DNA of 32,910 bases from an uncultured Candidatus Saccharibacteria bacterium. Its GTDB lineage: Bacteria; Patescibacteriota; Saccharimonadia; Saccharimonadales; Saccharimonadaceae. The stretch is from assembly GCA_964534725.1 (NCBI GenBank), contig CAZHRI010000001.1, forward strand, positions 1-32,910. The letters are read 5' to 3'. Below the pieces are notes generated by a model that worked only from the letters and a program-made list of their open reading frames with translations, did not search any database and was not told where the DNA came from. This document shows, in pieces, positions 7,892-17,219 of the stretch. A program made the translations under genes and the position numbers. The first letter of the stretch is position 1. Every line of letters begins with the position of its first letter.

Positions 7892-9390
7892 ATTTTACGT
7901 AGCTGGTAGATATCGATAAACTGCTTGTCGCGCTCTATCGAACGGACAAGCTCGTAACGACTGTCAATCTCAAGTGCCGGTTCAGTCTCACGCAGATGCA
8001 CCAAGTAACGTGACGTGACGGACTCTGTCGACTCGATCCGCAACTCACTGCCGCTCAGCGGCGCATATCCACCCCGATAGTCAAAGTCTGCTGGGTAATA
8101 AAATTTCATGTCGCATCCATCATAGTAGTAGATTGTTTCAAGGTAGATGTAGGGCCCATCGGCAATAATTGTCGTTTGATCACCACAATCTGCATCAGTG
8201 TGTGCCAGATCTATCCGAAGCTGACGAGCCATTGGTGTCTGTACGCGTTCGAGGGTGACATTTTGGTCTATCGCGAGGTTGACTGTGCCATATCCAAGCA
8301 CTACTAGTAGCAGGCCGTACACACCGTACGTACGCCACTTGCTCTTCAGCGCGTCAGTCGATAGCGCAAGTACAACGGCCACAAGCAGGTACATCCATAC
8401 CGCCACGTGTGCAAGATAACGGGGCAAAAAGATTGATTCCCGGGGTGGCAATGACATCAGCGCAAAAAATAGCAGTGGAATGCCTGCCATACACGCATAA
8501 AGTATCAGATAGCGACGCTGTTTGCCCTTTGCCCTACCAAACACCGCGATGAACGCACCGATGACGCCCACTAGTAGCACCAAAATTGCTAGCGAGACCC
8601 ACCCACCAGTGGCCCACTCGGGTTTATAGGTGAGAAAGACTGTCACAACATCTACCAGCTTGGTCAATGTCACCTGAGTACCAACCTTAGACAGTACGGA
8701 GGTCATCACGTGGCCAAAAAAAGTCATGATGTACGGCAGGAATAGTACCACCGATCCAACATATGCCCAGACCCACTTCCATTGTCGAATGGGCTGACCG
8801 TCCTTCACCGACGACCATATGAGCCATACGAGATGCGCTATCCAGAGCGCCACAACGACGTAAAGTGTATACATACCCAGTGCCACAAGTGCGGCATAGA
8901 TCGCCCACCAGGCCACCTTTTTTGTTTGGCGAGCCAGTACGAGCGAATACGTTGCCCCAACGCCAATGAGCGCTGCCAGCGAATACATGCGAATTTCAAA
9001 GCCATAGCGCAGCACAAATGGCGCAAGCATCATGACTGGCAGTGCCATGATGGCTACGCGGATGCCAAATAGTCGCTTGGTCAGCCCTAGACCAAGAGCC
9101 ACCGAAGCTCCAGCAAACAGCGCACTGAGGGAGCGCAGTGCCGTCTCATTAAAATCAAACAAGCCGCCCCACCACTTGAGTAGCAAATAGTACAGCGGTG
9201 GATGAGCATCAACGGCGGTGTGTGCGAGCAATGTTTCCACTGGCTGCTTTGCGATGAATATCGAGTACCCCTCGTCAAACCACACCGATGCACCAATAGA
9301 CAGCAATAACGCGCCCACACACGTCACGAGACCCACTCCGAGGGCCATAACCCACCAATATTTCTCTACCCAGCTCGATAGTCTTTTCAT
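7888..9390 (-). CDS. GT-C fold integral membrane glycosyltransferase (PMT_2 / GT39-GT83-like)
   Basis: WFDEGYS and DAHPPLYY luminal motifs, EIRMYSL, PRY and about 11-12 TM helices. Confidence 0.85.
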   Translation of the reverse strand: MKRLSSWVEKYWWVMALGVGLVTCVGALLLSIGASVWFDEGYSIFIAKQPVETLLAHTAVDAHPPLYYLLLKWWGGLFDFNETALRSLSALFAGASVALGLGLTKRLFGIRVAIMALPVMMLAPFVLRYGFEIRMYSLAALIGVGATYSLVLARQTKKVAWWAIYAALVALGMYTLYVVVALWIAHLVWLIWSSVKDGQPIRQWKWVWAYVGSVVLFLPYIMTFFGHVMTSVLSKVGTQVTLTKLVDVVTVFLTYKPEWATGGWVSLAILVLLVGVIGAFIAVFGRAKGKQRRYLILYACMAGIPLLFFALMSLPPRESIFLPRYLAHVAVWMYLLVAVVLALSTDALKSKWRTYGVYGLLLVVLGYGTVNLAIDQNVTLERVQTPMARQLRIDLAHTDADCGDQTTIIADGPYIYLETIYYYDGCDMKFYYPADFDYRGGYAPLSGSELRIESTESVTSRYLVHLRETEPALEIDSRYELVRSIERDKQFIDIYQLRKI

Positions 9391-9482
9391 ATAGCTCTAT
9401 TTATACCGCATTTCCCTCTTAAATACCACTAGCCAAAGCTATAGAAGTGGTGTATAATTTCTCGAGGAATACCTACACCTAT

Positions 9483-9558
9483 CGGGGTGTGGCGCAGTTG
9501 ATAGCGCGCTCGGTTTGGGACCGAGAGGTCGAAGGTTTGAGTCCTTTCACCCCGACCA
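9483..9558 (+). tRNA. tRNA-Pro (anticodon TGG) with A19/U56 variant
   Basis: Acceptor CGGGGTG/CACCCCG, anticodon arm CTCGG-TT TGG GA-CCGAG, T arm GAAGG-TTTGAGT-CCTTT, encoded CCA; TATAAT ~25 nt upstream. Confidence 0.95.
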
Positions 9559-9596
9559 TAGAAAAACGAGTACCGTCTGGTACTCGTTTTTCTATG
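9557..9596. terminator. Bidirectional terminator between tRNA-Pro and the convergent DUF2207 gene
   Basis: Perfect 18-bp inverted repeat CATAGAAAAACGAGTACC-gtct-GGTACTCGTTTTTCTATG. Confidence 0.9.
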
Positions 9597-9626
9597 TTTC
9601 ACGATATCACTCTTCTTAGCTCCGGC

Positions 9627-11375
9627 CTACCAGCCGCCGCCGCCTCCGCCGCCGCCACCGCCGCCAGAGAAGCCGCCGCCACTCGAGCCGCCCGATGACG
9701 AATAGCTCGCGCCACTCGAGCTGACCGTTGTCGTAAGATTTTGCATCGCATCAGTAAATGACAGGGCACTAAACGTCGCCATATTTGCACCAGCGTACCA
9801 GTCAGGCTGCTGTCCGGTCGACTGGTAGTAATTACCGAGCTGCTTATTCCAGTCCTTTTCCTGACCGAACAAAACAGCATACGGCAGTACTCTCTCGTAG
9901 AGTCTTACCAACTTTTTCGGATCAGCTGTATCAACCTGCGTCTTTTCGGCACCCTCTGGACTCTGGAGCATTTTGAGCCTCTCCTCTTCGGCGACCGATA
10001 TATACATCTTCAGCCCCTGTAGGTATCGGTACATCGCGAGCCCTTTGTCCGTCAGGACCCAAAGCGTCACTCCAAGAATAAAAGAAGTCATCGATACCAT
10101 AAACAGCGGAGGACTCAGTAAAGCAATACTCAAAATCAGCGTCGTCACGCCAAAGCGCTTAAACCAAGCTGATTTTTCCGGGCTCTTCTGCTGAATGCCA
10201 TAGCTGGTGCGCTTGAGACTCTGAATTTTGCCAGGATTGTCGAGGAGGCGTGTTGAAAGCGAGTAATCCTTCTTTAGACTCTCAGTACTAATACGACTAC
10301 CAACCTGAGTACTCTTGAATACATCTTCGAGGAACTCCCTCTCTTCACTTCGCAGATCGTCGATTGGCTTGACGATCTCCATTTCATACACGGCTGCCGA
10401 GAAGAGCTTGGATTCTTGAACTTCATAAATCTTGATATAGTGCCGCACTGCGAAATCAATCAGCTGGGCAGCAAATGACGCGTGAGTCATAATAAGTGTA
10501 GCCGAGAGCGAAACACTGCTGTCGCTGGGTGGGATATACTCAGGTATAATCGTACCTACCTCTTTTTTGCGCTTAGACCACGACACATAGCGCACGATAA
10601 GCCACACAATCAGCCCAGCCGATATGACAACAAGAATACCCTGTACTACGAACCACACGGCGATAAGCTTCATGATCAGCGGCGTCTCATACACTTCAAA
10701 GGTCTGAGGCTCGAATCCTATCGCGAGTGTGATATTATCGCCGCGTGCCAAGTCTTGAGCCGATGCAGCATACGTAGTGCCAGCCTTAGAGAGCTCACAG
10801 GTATTAGTTGTACTGTACTGCCCGAAGTAACACCTATGCTGATCGGTCAGTGCTTCCGAGAGGCTCTCGTCAACTGTCAACGACACGCTCAGTCGACCAA
10901 TTGGCACTCGCCACTCAGTTCCGTTGGTATCCCAGTAGAACTCATCGCTTTTCGTATCAGAAAAAGACTTCGTCACGTCTCGCTGGGTATATGTAAGCAC
11001 ATACGTCTGCTCGCCATGGACATATCGATTCGCGTTGCCGATGCGCACAACAGTATATTCACCACTGCTATAGGTCGTATATTCGAGTTGATTTTGACTC
11101 TCATCGGCCACCGATATAATCTCTAGGCTTGTATCGTGCCCATCATATGACCGGGGAATATAGCGCTCGATACCACGATTTTGATCGTGCATTGGAAACT
11201 GCGCAGTAATTACCTCTCGAGTCTGCAAGACCGATCGTTTTTCCTGGTCACGGTTCAGCGTATAACTTATGTCGTAATTACTAATTGTAAAATCGTTGAC
11301 GTCTGCATGAGCCGGCACTGCCAGCAATACCACCGCCATCAACGCTCCGATAATAGCCGCTGAGATGTTCTTCAT
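9627..11375 (-). CDS. DUF2207 (YciQ-like) membrane protein
   Basis: Signal peptide (AHA|D), RGIERYIP, FYWD..GTEW, YERVLPYAVLFG and the family's SGGGFSGGGGGGGGGGGW tail. Confidence 0.9.
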   Translation of the reverse strand: MKNISAAIIGALMAVVLLAVPAHADVNDFTISNYDISYTLNRDQEKRSVLQTREVITAQFPMHDQNRGIERYIPRSYDGHDTSLEIISVADESQNQLEYTTYSSGEYTVVRIGNANRYVHGEQTYVLTYTQRDVTKSFSDTKSDEFYWDTNGTEWRVPIGRLSVSLTVDESLSEALTDQHRCYFGQYSTTNTCELSKAGTTYAASAQDLARGDNITLAIGFEPQTFEVYETPLIMKLIAVWFVVQGILVVISAGLIVWLIVRYVSWSKRKKEVGTIIPEYIPPSDSSVSLSATLIMTHASFAAQLIDFAVRHYIKIYEVQESKLFSAAVYEMEIVKPIDDLRSEEREFLEDVFKSTQVGSRISTESLKKDYSLSTRLLDNPGKIQSLKRTSYGIQQKSPEKSAWFKRFGVTTLILSIALLSPPLFMVSMTSFILGVTLWVLTDKGLAMYRYLQGLKMYISVAEEERLKMLQSPEGAEKTQVDTADPKKLVRLYERVLPYAVLFGQEKDWNKQLGNYYQSTGQQPDWYAGANMATFSALSFTDAMQNLTTTVSSSGASYSSSGGSSGGGFSGGGGGGGGGGGW

Positions 11376-11402
11376 GCTTCCATATTACCACGCCCCTTCA
11401 TG

Positions 11403-11438
11403 CAACAATAATGCCACTCCGCGGTGGCCTTATTGTTG
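11403..11438 (-). terminator. Terminator-like hairpin downstream of rny
   Basis: CAACAATAAtGCCAC-tccgcg-GTGGCcTTATTGTTG inverted repeat ~25 nt after the rny stop. Confidence 0.7.
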
Positions 11439-11461
11439 AGCTATGATTCGCTGGCAATACT

Positions 11462-12952
11462 CTATTTAGCGAATTCAATGGCGCGTGTTTCGCGAATCAC
11501 GTTCACCTTTATAGTGCCAGGATACTGCATTGTACTCTCAATCTTAGTGGCGATGTCGCGGGCCAGTTTGATAGCCGAAAGGTCATCAACTCGCTCCGGA
11601 GTCACGATGACGCGCACTTCGCGCCCAGCAGATATCGCGTAGGCTTTCGAGATGCCGTCAAAGCTTGTTGCAACATTCTCAAGATCACGCATACGGTCAG
11701 CGAAGTTCTCAGCTGAGATGTTACGCGCACCAGGGCGAGCCGCACTGGCTGCGTCAACGACTCGGACTACCAGCGCCTCTGGAGTTGTTGCCTCGATATC
11801 GTCGTGGTGAGCCTCGATCGCGTGAACAATCCGCTCATCCATGCCATACTTACGCGCGAGCTCCGCACCAATGTGGTGATGCTTGCCTTCAATCTTATGC
11901 GTCACCGCTTTGCCGACATCATGCAGCAATGTAGCAGTTTTCGTGATGCGCACATCAGCGCCAATCTCATCAGCAATCATGCCAGCCATCGAGGCCATCT
12001 CGGTGCTATGCTTGAGCACATTCTGACCATACGAAGTACGGAACTTCAGCTCGCCAAGTAGCTGCAGCATCTCTTTCGGAATGCCAACCAGTCCAGCTTC
12101 ACGCATTGCATCCTCACCGGCCTGCTTGACCTCTTTTTCGATTTGCTTCTCAGCCTTAGCGACCACCTCTTCGATGCGAGCCGGGTGAATACGACCATCC
12201 TTCATTAGCATCTCAAGCGCAATCCGTGCAACCTGCCTGCGAATCGGGTCAAAGCTCGACAGGATAATCATACCAGGGGTATCGTCGACCAAGATGTCCA
12301 CACCGGTCGCGCGCTGCAAGGCCTGAATGTTGCGACCTTCTTTACCAATAATGCGACCCTTCATTTCGTCGTCGGTCAGCTTAACCGCAGTCACGGTACG
12401 TTCTGCCGTCACATCGCTGCTCATGCGCTCCATAGCGGTCAAGAGAATGAGCTGCGCGCGCTCTTCAGCGTCATCTTGCGCCTCACGCTGCAGCTTAGAG
12501 ATAAGGCCAGTCAAATCATTCTTAATGTCTCGCTCGGTCATTTGCATCAGCTTGCCCGCCGCGTCCTGTTTCTTAAGGCCAGCAATCTTCTCTAGTTTTT
12601 CTTGCTGCTTGGTGCGAATCTCTCGAATCTCGTTCTTGAGTGTATCGACCTCGTCCTCGTGCTTGCGTAACTTTTCAGCACGCTTGTCGAGTTCATCGAG
12701 TTTTCTATCAAGTGCAGTTTCTCGATCAGCCAGGCGGCTCTCGGTTTTCTGCCACTCCTTGCGTCGCTCTTTCTCAATTGCGAGCGCTTCGTCTTTAGCC
12801 CTGAGAACAATGTCACTCGCCTTGGTTTTCGCGCTTGCAATCTCCTGCTCTATTTTGTGTTTCCCGTTCATGCGCTGGCTCCGCTGATAGCCAGCAAAAC
12901 CGCCTGCGCCGAGTGCTGTCCCGACAATGGCGGCCACGATAATCTCTATCAT
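11462..12952 (-). CDS. rny: Ribonuclease Y
   Basis: N-terminal TM anchor, coiled coil, KH domain (MKGRIIGKEGRNI), HD domain (LLHDVGK) and C-terminal YPGTIKVNVIRETRA; SD AGAAAGGA. Confidence 0.98.
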   Translation of the reverse strand: MIEIIVAAIVGTALGAGGFAGYQRSQRMNGKHKIEQEIASAKTKASDIVLRAKDEALAIEKERRKEWQKTESRLADRETALDRKLDELDKRAEKLRKHEDEVDTLKNEIREIRTKQQEKLEKIAGLKKQDAAGKLMQMTERDIKNDLTGLISKLQREAQDDAEERAQLILLTAMERMSSDVTAERTVTAVKLTDDEMKGRIIGKEGRNIQALQRATGVDILVDDTPGMIILSSFDPIRRQVARIALEMLMKDGRIHPARIEEVVAKAEKQIEKEVKQAGEDAMREAGLVGIPKEMLQLLGELKFRTSYGQNVLKHSTEMASMAGMIADEIGADVRITKTATLLHDVGKAVTHKIEGKHHHIGAELARKYGMDERIVHAIEAHHDDIEATTPEALVVRVVDAASAARPGARNISAENFADRMRDLENVATSFDGISKAYAISAGREVRVIVTPERVDDLSAIKLARDIATKIESTMQYPGTIKVNVIRETRAIEFAK

Positions 12953-13161
12953 GTTGTAGTCCTTTCTTAGCGTGTCCGAAACAAACCAAAGATGTAAATC
13001 TTGGCTTCGTTATCTGTTCAAAATCCTTGCTCTGGTCATGAAATTCGGACTACTGCGTTATCAAATGTTGAAGTTATCAAAAAGTCTTACGACTTATATA
13101 AAGTGTACGCCAAATATAGCCAATGCGCAAACTAAGGCGCACAGATTTATCGACCCGCATA

Positions 13162-13190
13162 TTGACTTCTTATATTCTTTATGTTATTAT
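13162..13190 (+). promoter_or_regulatory. Near-consensus sigma70 promoter TTGACT-N17-TATTAT with extended TG, pointing into the tsaB 3' end
   Basis: TTGACT at 13162-13167, 17-nt spacer, TGtTATTAT ending at 13190; ATG 6 nt downstream. Confidence 0.5.
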
Positions 13191-13242
13191 GAAGCTATGT
13201 CGCTTCGATCGACTCGGTTTTGTAATGGCCGAGTAAACGAGC

Positions 13243-13629
13243 TTACTTTTTCTGCTTGGTGATATGCGCGTCGGCACCATAAAGCGGTAGAACTACCCCG
13301 TCAGTCTCACGCGCATGTAAACGAGCAGTTGCTCGATCTTGCCAGCCCGAGCCACTCTCGCCAACGATTGGAATCTGCAAACTGTCCGCGAGTGTATTCG
13401 CTATACTCATACCTATTCTTAACCCAGTAAAGCTCCCGGGGCCTCGCATAACACCAATGCCAGTGATGTCATACACAGTAGACCCCGCCTCATTCACGGT
13501 GTCGTAAAGATATCTCAGTAAATCACGAGCCAAAGTGCGACCAGCCTCCCATTCATGATCGACCGTCACGTCATTGTGCACGAGAGTCAACCGACACACA
13601 GGGGTCGATGTATCAAGCAAAATAATCAC
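13243..13629 (-). CDS. tsaB: tRNA threonylcarbamoyladenosine biosynthesis protein TsaB (short form)
   Basis: LLDTST and GPGSFTGLRIG motifs; GTGA overlap with tsaE. Confidence 0.92.
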   Translation of the reverse strand: MIILLDTSTPVCRLTLVHNDVTVDHEWEAGRTLARDLLRYLYDTVNEAGSTVYDITGIGVMRGPGSFTGLRIGMSIANTLADSLQIPIVGESGSGWQDRATARLHARETDGVVLPLYGADAHITKQKK

Positions 13630-14081
13630 ACGAGGGCCTCCAGAATGCCTCGAGATACGTCGCCTAATGCGCGTAGCTCAACTTGGCGCCCTGTCTCGCT
13701 TGTTGTGGCGATATGGACCTGCATCCGATCGGCGGGCAGCACCCCATCAACCACACCTCCCCACTCAACCACGACGATACTGCGCGGCGACTCGAACGCC
13801 TCTGCCAGTTCATCACCCATAATGCCCGCTTCGGTAAGACGATAAAAGTCATAGTGCCGAAGCTCCAAGTCATCTCTCGCCTCGTAGACTCGACTAATCG
13901 TAAATGTCGGACTTTGAATCGGTTCCGTTATAGCCAAGCCTAGCGCCACGCCTTTGGTCAGCGTTGTCTTTCCTGCCCCTACGTCACCAACCAGCTCGAT
14001 AGTCTCGCCACCACCGAGCACCGCACCGAGCTTCCGCCCGAGCTGCCTCATCTGCTCGTCACTATCAATCGACACATTCAT
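13626..14081 (-). CDS. tsaE: t6A biosynthesis ATPase TsaE
   Basis: GDVGAGKTT, SPTFT, HYDFYRL and VVEW motifs. Confidence 0.96.
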   Translation of the reverse strand: MNVSIDSDEQMRQLGRKLGAVLGGGETIELVGDVGAGKTTLTKGVALGLAITEPIQSPTFTISRVYEARDDLELRHYDFYRLTEAGIMGDELAEAFESPRSIVVVEWGGVVDGVLPADRMQVHIATTSETGRQVELRALGDVSRGILEALV

Positions 14082-14151
14082 TGCGTCTTATTGTACTACG
14101 CACTGATAATTGGCACAAAGACACATCTCGCGTATAATAAGCATAAGTACT

Positions 14152-15936
14152 ATGCGCGTGTCTGATACAGCCATTGAAAAAATACTTAAGCAAGGTGGGC
14201 TCGTCAACGAAACCCAGCTTGCTAAATTAAAGTCGAGCGCCGAACAGGCGAGCCAGTCATTGCAGCAGGCGGTCCTCGACCAGAGCATTGCGACCGACGA
14301 TCAACTGACGCAGCTGATTGCGCACTACATCGGTGTGCCATTCGTTAAAATTGATCCAAAAGACATTGCCGAGGACACCCTTCACAAAATCCCCGAACAC
14401 ATTGCCCGCCAGTACAATGCCGTGCTTTTTGCCGAGAATGAAGATGGGACCCTCAATTTGGCAATGGACGACCCAGACGATGTTCAGGCGCTCAACTTCA
14501 TTCAGAAAGAAATCGGGTACGACCTCAAGGTATTTCTTGCGACCAAGACCAACATTCTCGATTGCCTTGAAAACTACCGCGGTGATGTTCACAAGGAGCT
14601 TGATGAAGTTATTGCGATTCAGCAAGACAGCCAGAACGAGACGCAAGTAGTCACAGAGGAAGACTTTGCCGAAAACTCGCCGATTGCACAGACCGTTAAC
14701 TTGCTGCTTGAATATGCTATTAAGTCGAGTGCCAGCGATATTCATATAGAGCCGCGCGAAGACTACGTTCAAGTGCGCTATCGTATTGACGGTGTCCTTA
14801 AAGAGGTCAATAAACTACCTCGCAACGTGTTAGGCGCACTAGTGAGCCGTGTAAAGATTCTGTCTAATCTAAAAATTGACGAACGCCGTGTACCGCAAGA
14901 TGGTAGATTCAAGATACGGGTATCTGGCAAACAGTATGCCCTACGTGTCAGCACCCTACCAATCGCCGACGGCGAGAAGGTGGTGATGCGTATTCTCGAC
15001 GAGTCAAATCAGTCGGTGACACTTGAGCAGCTTGGCTACTGGGGTCGATCGCTCACGACCGTCAAGGAAGCGATGGCCCAGCCAAATGGCATGATTTTGG
15101 TGACTGGCCCGACCGGTTCGGGTAAGTCCACCAGTCTATTCAGCGTATTGTCGGAGCTCAACACTCCAGATGTCAATATTTCTACCATCGAAGATCCAGT
15201 TGAGTACAAGATTACTGGTGTCAATCAAACTCAGACTAATCCGAAAGCAGGCATGACGTTTGCTTCAGGCCTCCGTGCACTCCTGCGTCAAGACCCGAAC
15301 ATCATTATGGTCGGTGAGATTCGCGACGGCGAAACAGCGAACTTAGGCGTGCAAGCAGCCCTCACCGGACACCTCGTCTTTAGCACCCTACACACTAACA
15401 ACGCGGCGACGTGTCTCCCACGTCTGCTCGACATGGAAATCGAACCGTTTCTGATCGCCTCAACAGTCAAAGCAGTCGTCGGTCAGCGACTCGTCAGGCG
15501 ACTCTGCACCTTTTGCCGTCAGCAGTACACCCCCGAGCAAGAAGAAGTGGCGTCTATAAATGAACTGTTTGGCATCGGCAAGGACAGGGCCTTCTCATAT
15601 GTGCACGGGCTTGAAGAGCAAGCGGCAAGCGAAGGTGTGGGAGGCGACGTACCGATTAGCACCGACGAGAACACAATCCTACATATGTGGAAGCAGTCGC
15701 CAGAAGGATGCGAAGAGTGCAACCAAAGCGGCTTTAAGGGTCGAACCGGTATCTATGAGTCGCTTGGTATCTCTCCCGCAATACAGAAGCAAATTACCAC
15801 AAACGCCACAAGTAGCGAGATTCAGGACGAGGCGGTGCGCGAAGGTATGATCACCATGCAAGTAGACGGCCTCATCAAGGCACTTCGTGGTATTACCACC
15901 TTCGAAGAAGTGTTACGCGTAACGAGGGAGCAGTAG
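14152..15936 (+). CDS. pilB: Type IV pilus assembly ATPase PilB (GspE/PulE family)
   Basis: ASDIHIEP, RVPQDGR, GPTGSGKS, TIEDPVEY, LRQDPNIIMVGEIRD, HTN and a split CxxC...CxxC; start set at ATG 14152. Confidence 0.95.
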   Translation: MRVSDTAIEKILKQGGLVNETQLAKLKSSAEQASQSLQQAVLDQSIATDDQLTQLIAHYIGVPFVKIDPKDIAEDTLHKIPEHIARQYNAVLFAENEDGTLNLAMDDPDDVQALNFIQKEIGYDLKVFLATKTNILDCLENYRGDVHKELDEVIAIQQDSQNETQVVTEEDFAENSPIAQTVNLLLEYAIKSSASDIHIEPREDYVQVRYRIDGVLKEVNKLPRNVLGALVSRVKILSNLKIDERRVPQDGRFKIRVSGKQYALRVSTLPIADGEKVVMRILDESNQSVTLEQLGYWGRSLTTVKEAMAQPNGMILVTGPTGSGKSTSLFSVLSELNTPDVNISTIEDPVEYKITGVNQTQTNPKAGMTFASGLRALLRQDPNIIMVGEIRDGETANLGVQAALTGHLVFSTLHTNNAATCLPRLLDMEIEPFLIASTVKAVVGQRLVRRLCTFCRQQYTPEQEEVASINELFGIGKDRAFSYVHGLEEQAASEGVGGDVPISTDENTILHMWKQSPEGCEECNQSGFKGRTGIYESLGISPAIQKQITTNATSSEIQDEAVREGMITMQVDGLIKALRGITTFEEVLRVTREQ

Positions 15937-17162
15937 TGGCTAAATTTGACTTTATTGCTGCCCGAAGTGATGGACAGACCATTAGTACAACCATTGACGC
16001 TGCCGACCGAATGGCGGCCATGGCTAGTATCAAGGCCCAGGGCCTAAAGGTCATTAGTCTTCGCGAGCAGGTCGCAGGGAAAAAAGCCGGATTTAGTCTT
16101 GGTCGCGGGCGAAAAGTTAAGTCAGATGAGCTCGTGATGTTCACCAGGCAGCTCAGCGCCATGGTATCGGCTGGTGTGCCGATACTTCGCTCACTTAACT
16201 CAATGGCCAAATACGCCGAAAGCGCCACCTTTCGAAAAGCCATTACTGACGTGTCGAAAAACATCGAAGGCGGCGAGACGTTTGCCGACGCACTATCAAA
16301 GCATCCTGCTATCTTCAGCGACGTCTATATTAATATGGTACGAGCCGGTGAAGCAGCCGGCATCCTGGATGACATTCTCAAGCGACTGGCCCTCCAGCAA
16401 GAAAAAAATGCCTCAATCCGCAAGAAGGTCAAGAGCGCCATGACCTATCCGATGGTGTTGATTTTTATCACTATTGGCGCGTTCTTTGGACTAATGCTAT
16501 TTGTACTCCCATCACTTGGAGAAACCATCAAAGAGCTGGCTGGCGAAGACGCGGAGCTACCAGCCCTCACTCAAGTGATGATGGGTATCAGCCAGTTCTT
16601 CGTTCAATTTTGGTATATCATCTTTCCTGTTGTCGGCGTCCTGGTCTGGCTACTTATACGCTACATAAAAACACCTAGCGGAAAAAAGCAGTTCCATCAC
16701 CTTACTCTTAAAACACCGATCATCGGCAAAATCGTAAAGAAGGTTGCGATCGCTCGTTTTACTCGTACCTTTTCGGCTCTGATCGGAGCTGGCGTAGCAG
16801 TGCTTGAAGCACTCGATATTACTGCTCGGGCTGTCGGTAATACAACCTATGAGGCTTCGCTCAAGCAAGCTGCTCTAAGAGTAAAAAATGGAGAAGTGCT
16901 GTCTCGCGTAATCTCTGAAGATGAGGTGCTCTACCCGCCAATCGTTTCACAGATGCTAGCCGTCGGTGAAGAGACGGGTCAAACAGATAGCGTGCTAATC
17001 AAGGTTGCCGACTTTTACGAGGAGGAGGTCGATACAGCCATCGCCAGCCTTAGCTCAACGATTGAACCAATTATGATCGTATTTATGGGCGGCATGGTCG
17101 GCCTTATTGCAGCAAGCGTGATGATGCCGATTACCGGACTCGCAAATCAAATTGAAGCGTAG
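15936..17162 (+). CDS. pilC: Type IV pilus platform protein PilC (GspF family)
   Basis: FTRQLSAM, AGEAAGIL, AMTYP, VGEETG and IEP motifs with two T2SSF repeats. Confidence 0.95.
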   Translation: MAKFDFIAARSDGQTISTTIDAADRMAAMASIKAQGLKVISLREQVAGKKAGFSLGRGRKVKSDELVMFTRQLSAMVSAGVPILRSLNSMAKYAESATFRKAITDVSKNIEGGETFADALSKHPAIFSDVYINMVRAGEAAGILDDILKRLALQQEKNASIRKKVKSAMTYPMVLIFITIGAFFGLMLFVLPSLGETIKELAGEDAELPALTQVMMGISQFFVQFWYIIFPVVGVLVWLLIRYIKTPSGKKQFHHLTLKTPIIGKIVKKVAIARFTRTFSALIGAGVAVLEALDITARAVGNTTYEASLKQAALRVKNGEVLSRVISEDEVLYPPIVSQMLAVGEETGQTDSVLIKVADFYEEEVDTAIASLSSTIEPIMIVFMGGMVGLIAASVMMPITGLANQIEA

Positions 17163-17180
17163 GCCCGTGCAATATGGTTG

Positions 17181-17189
17181 TGCTATAAT
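17181..17189 (+). promoter_or_regulatory. Extended -10 (TGcTATAAT) internal promoter upstream of pilM
   Basis: Exact TGnTATAAT in the pilC-pilM gap. Confidence 0.55.
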
Positions 17190-17219
17190 AGCTCCAGTGA
17201 AAGTTGTGGGCAAATAACA

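Noticed and set aside
9627-9720. GCC-rich tandem repeat
   Set aside because: It encodes the Gly/Ser-rich tail typical of DUF2207 proteins.
12972-13196. 96-aa + strand ORF in the rny-tsaB gap
   Set aside because: It overlaps the rny leader and promoters and has no recognisable features; only the last 21 codons have promoter support.
12953-13242. 6S RNA upstream of rny (a known synteny in some bacteria)
   Set aside because: No ~180-nt rod with a central bubble is evident by eye; an Rfam search would be needed. Reported as a structured leader instead.
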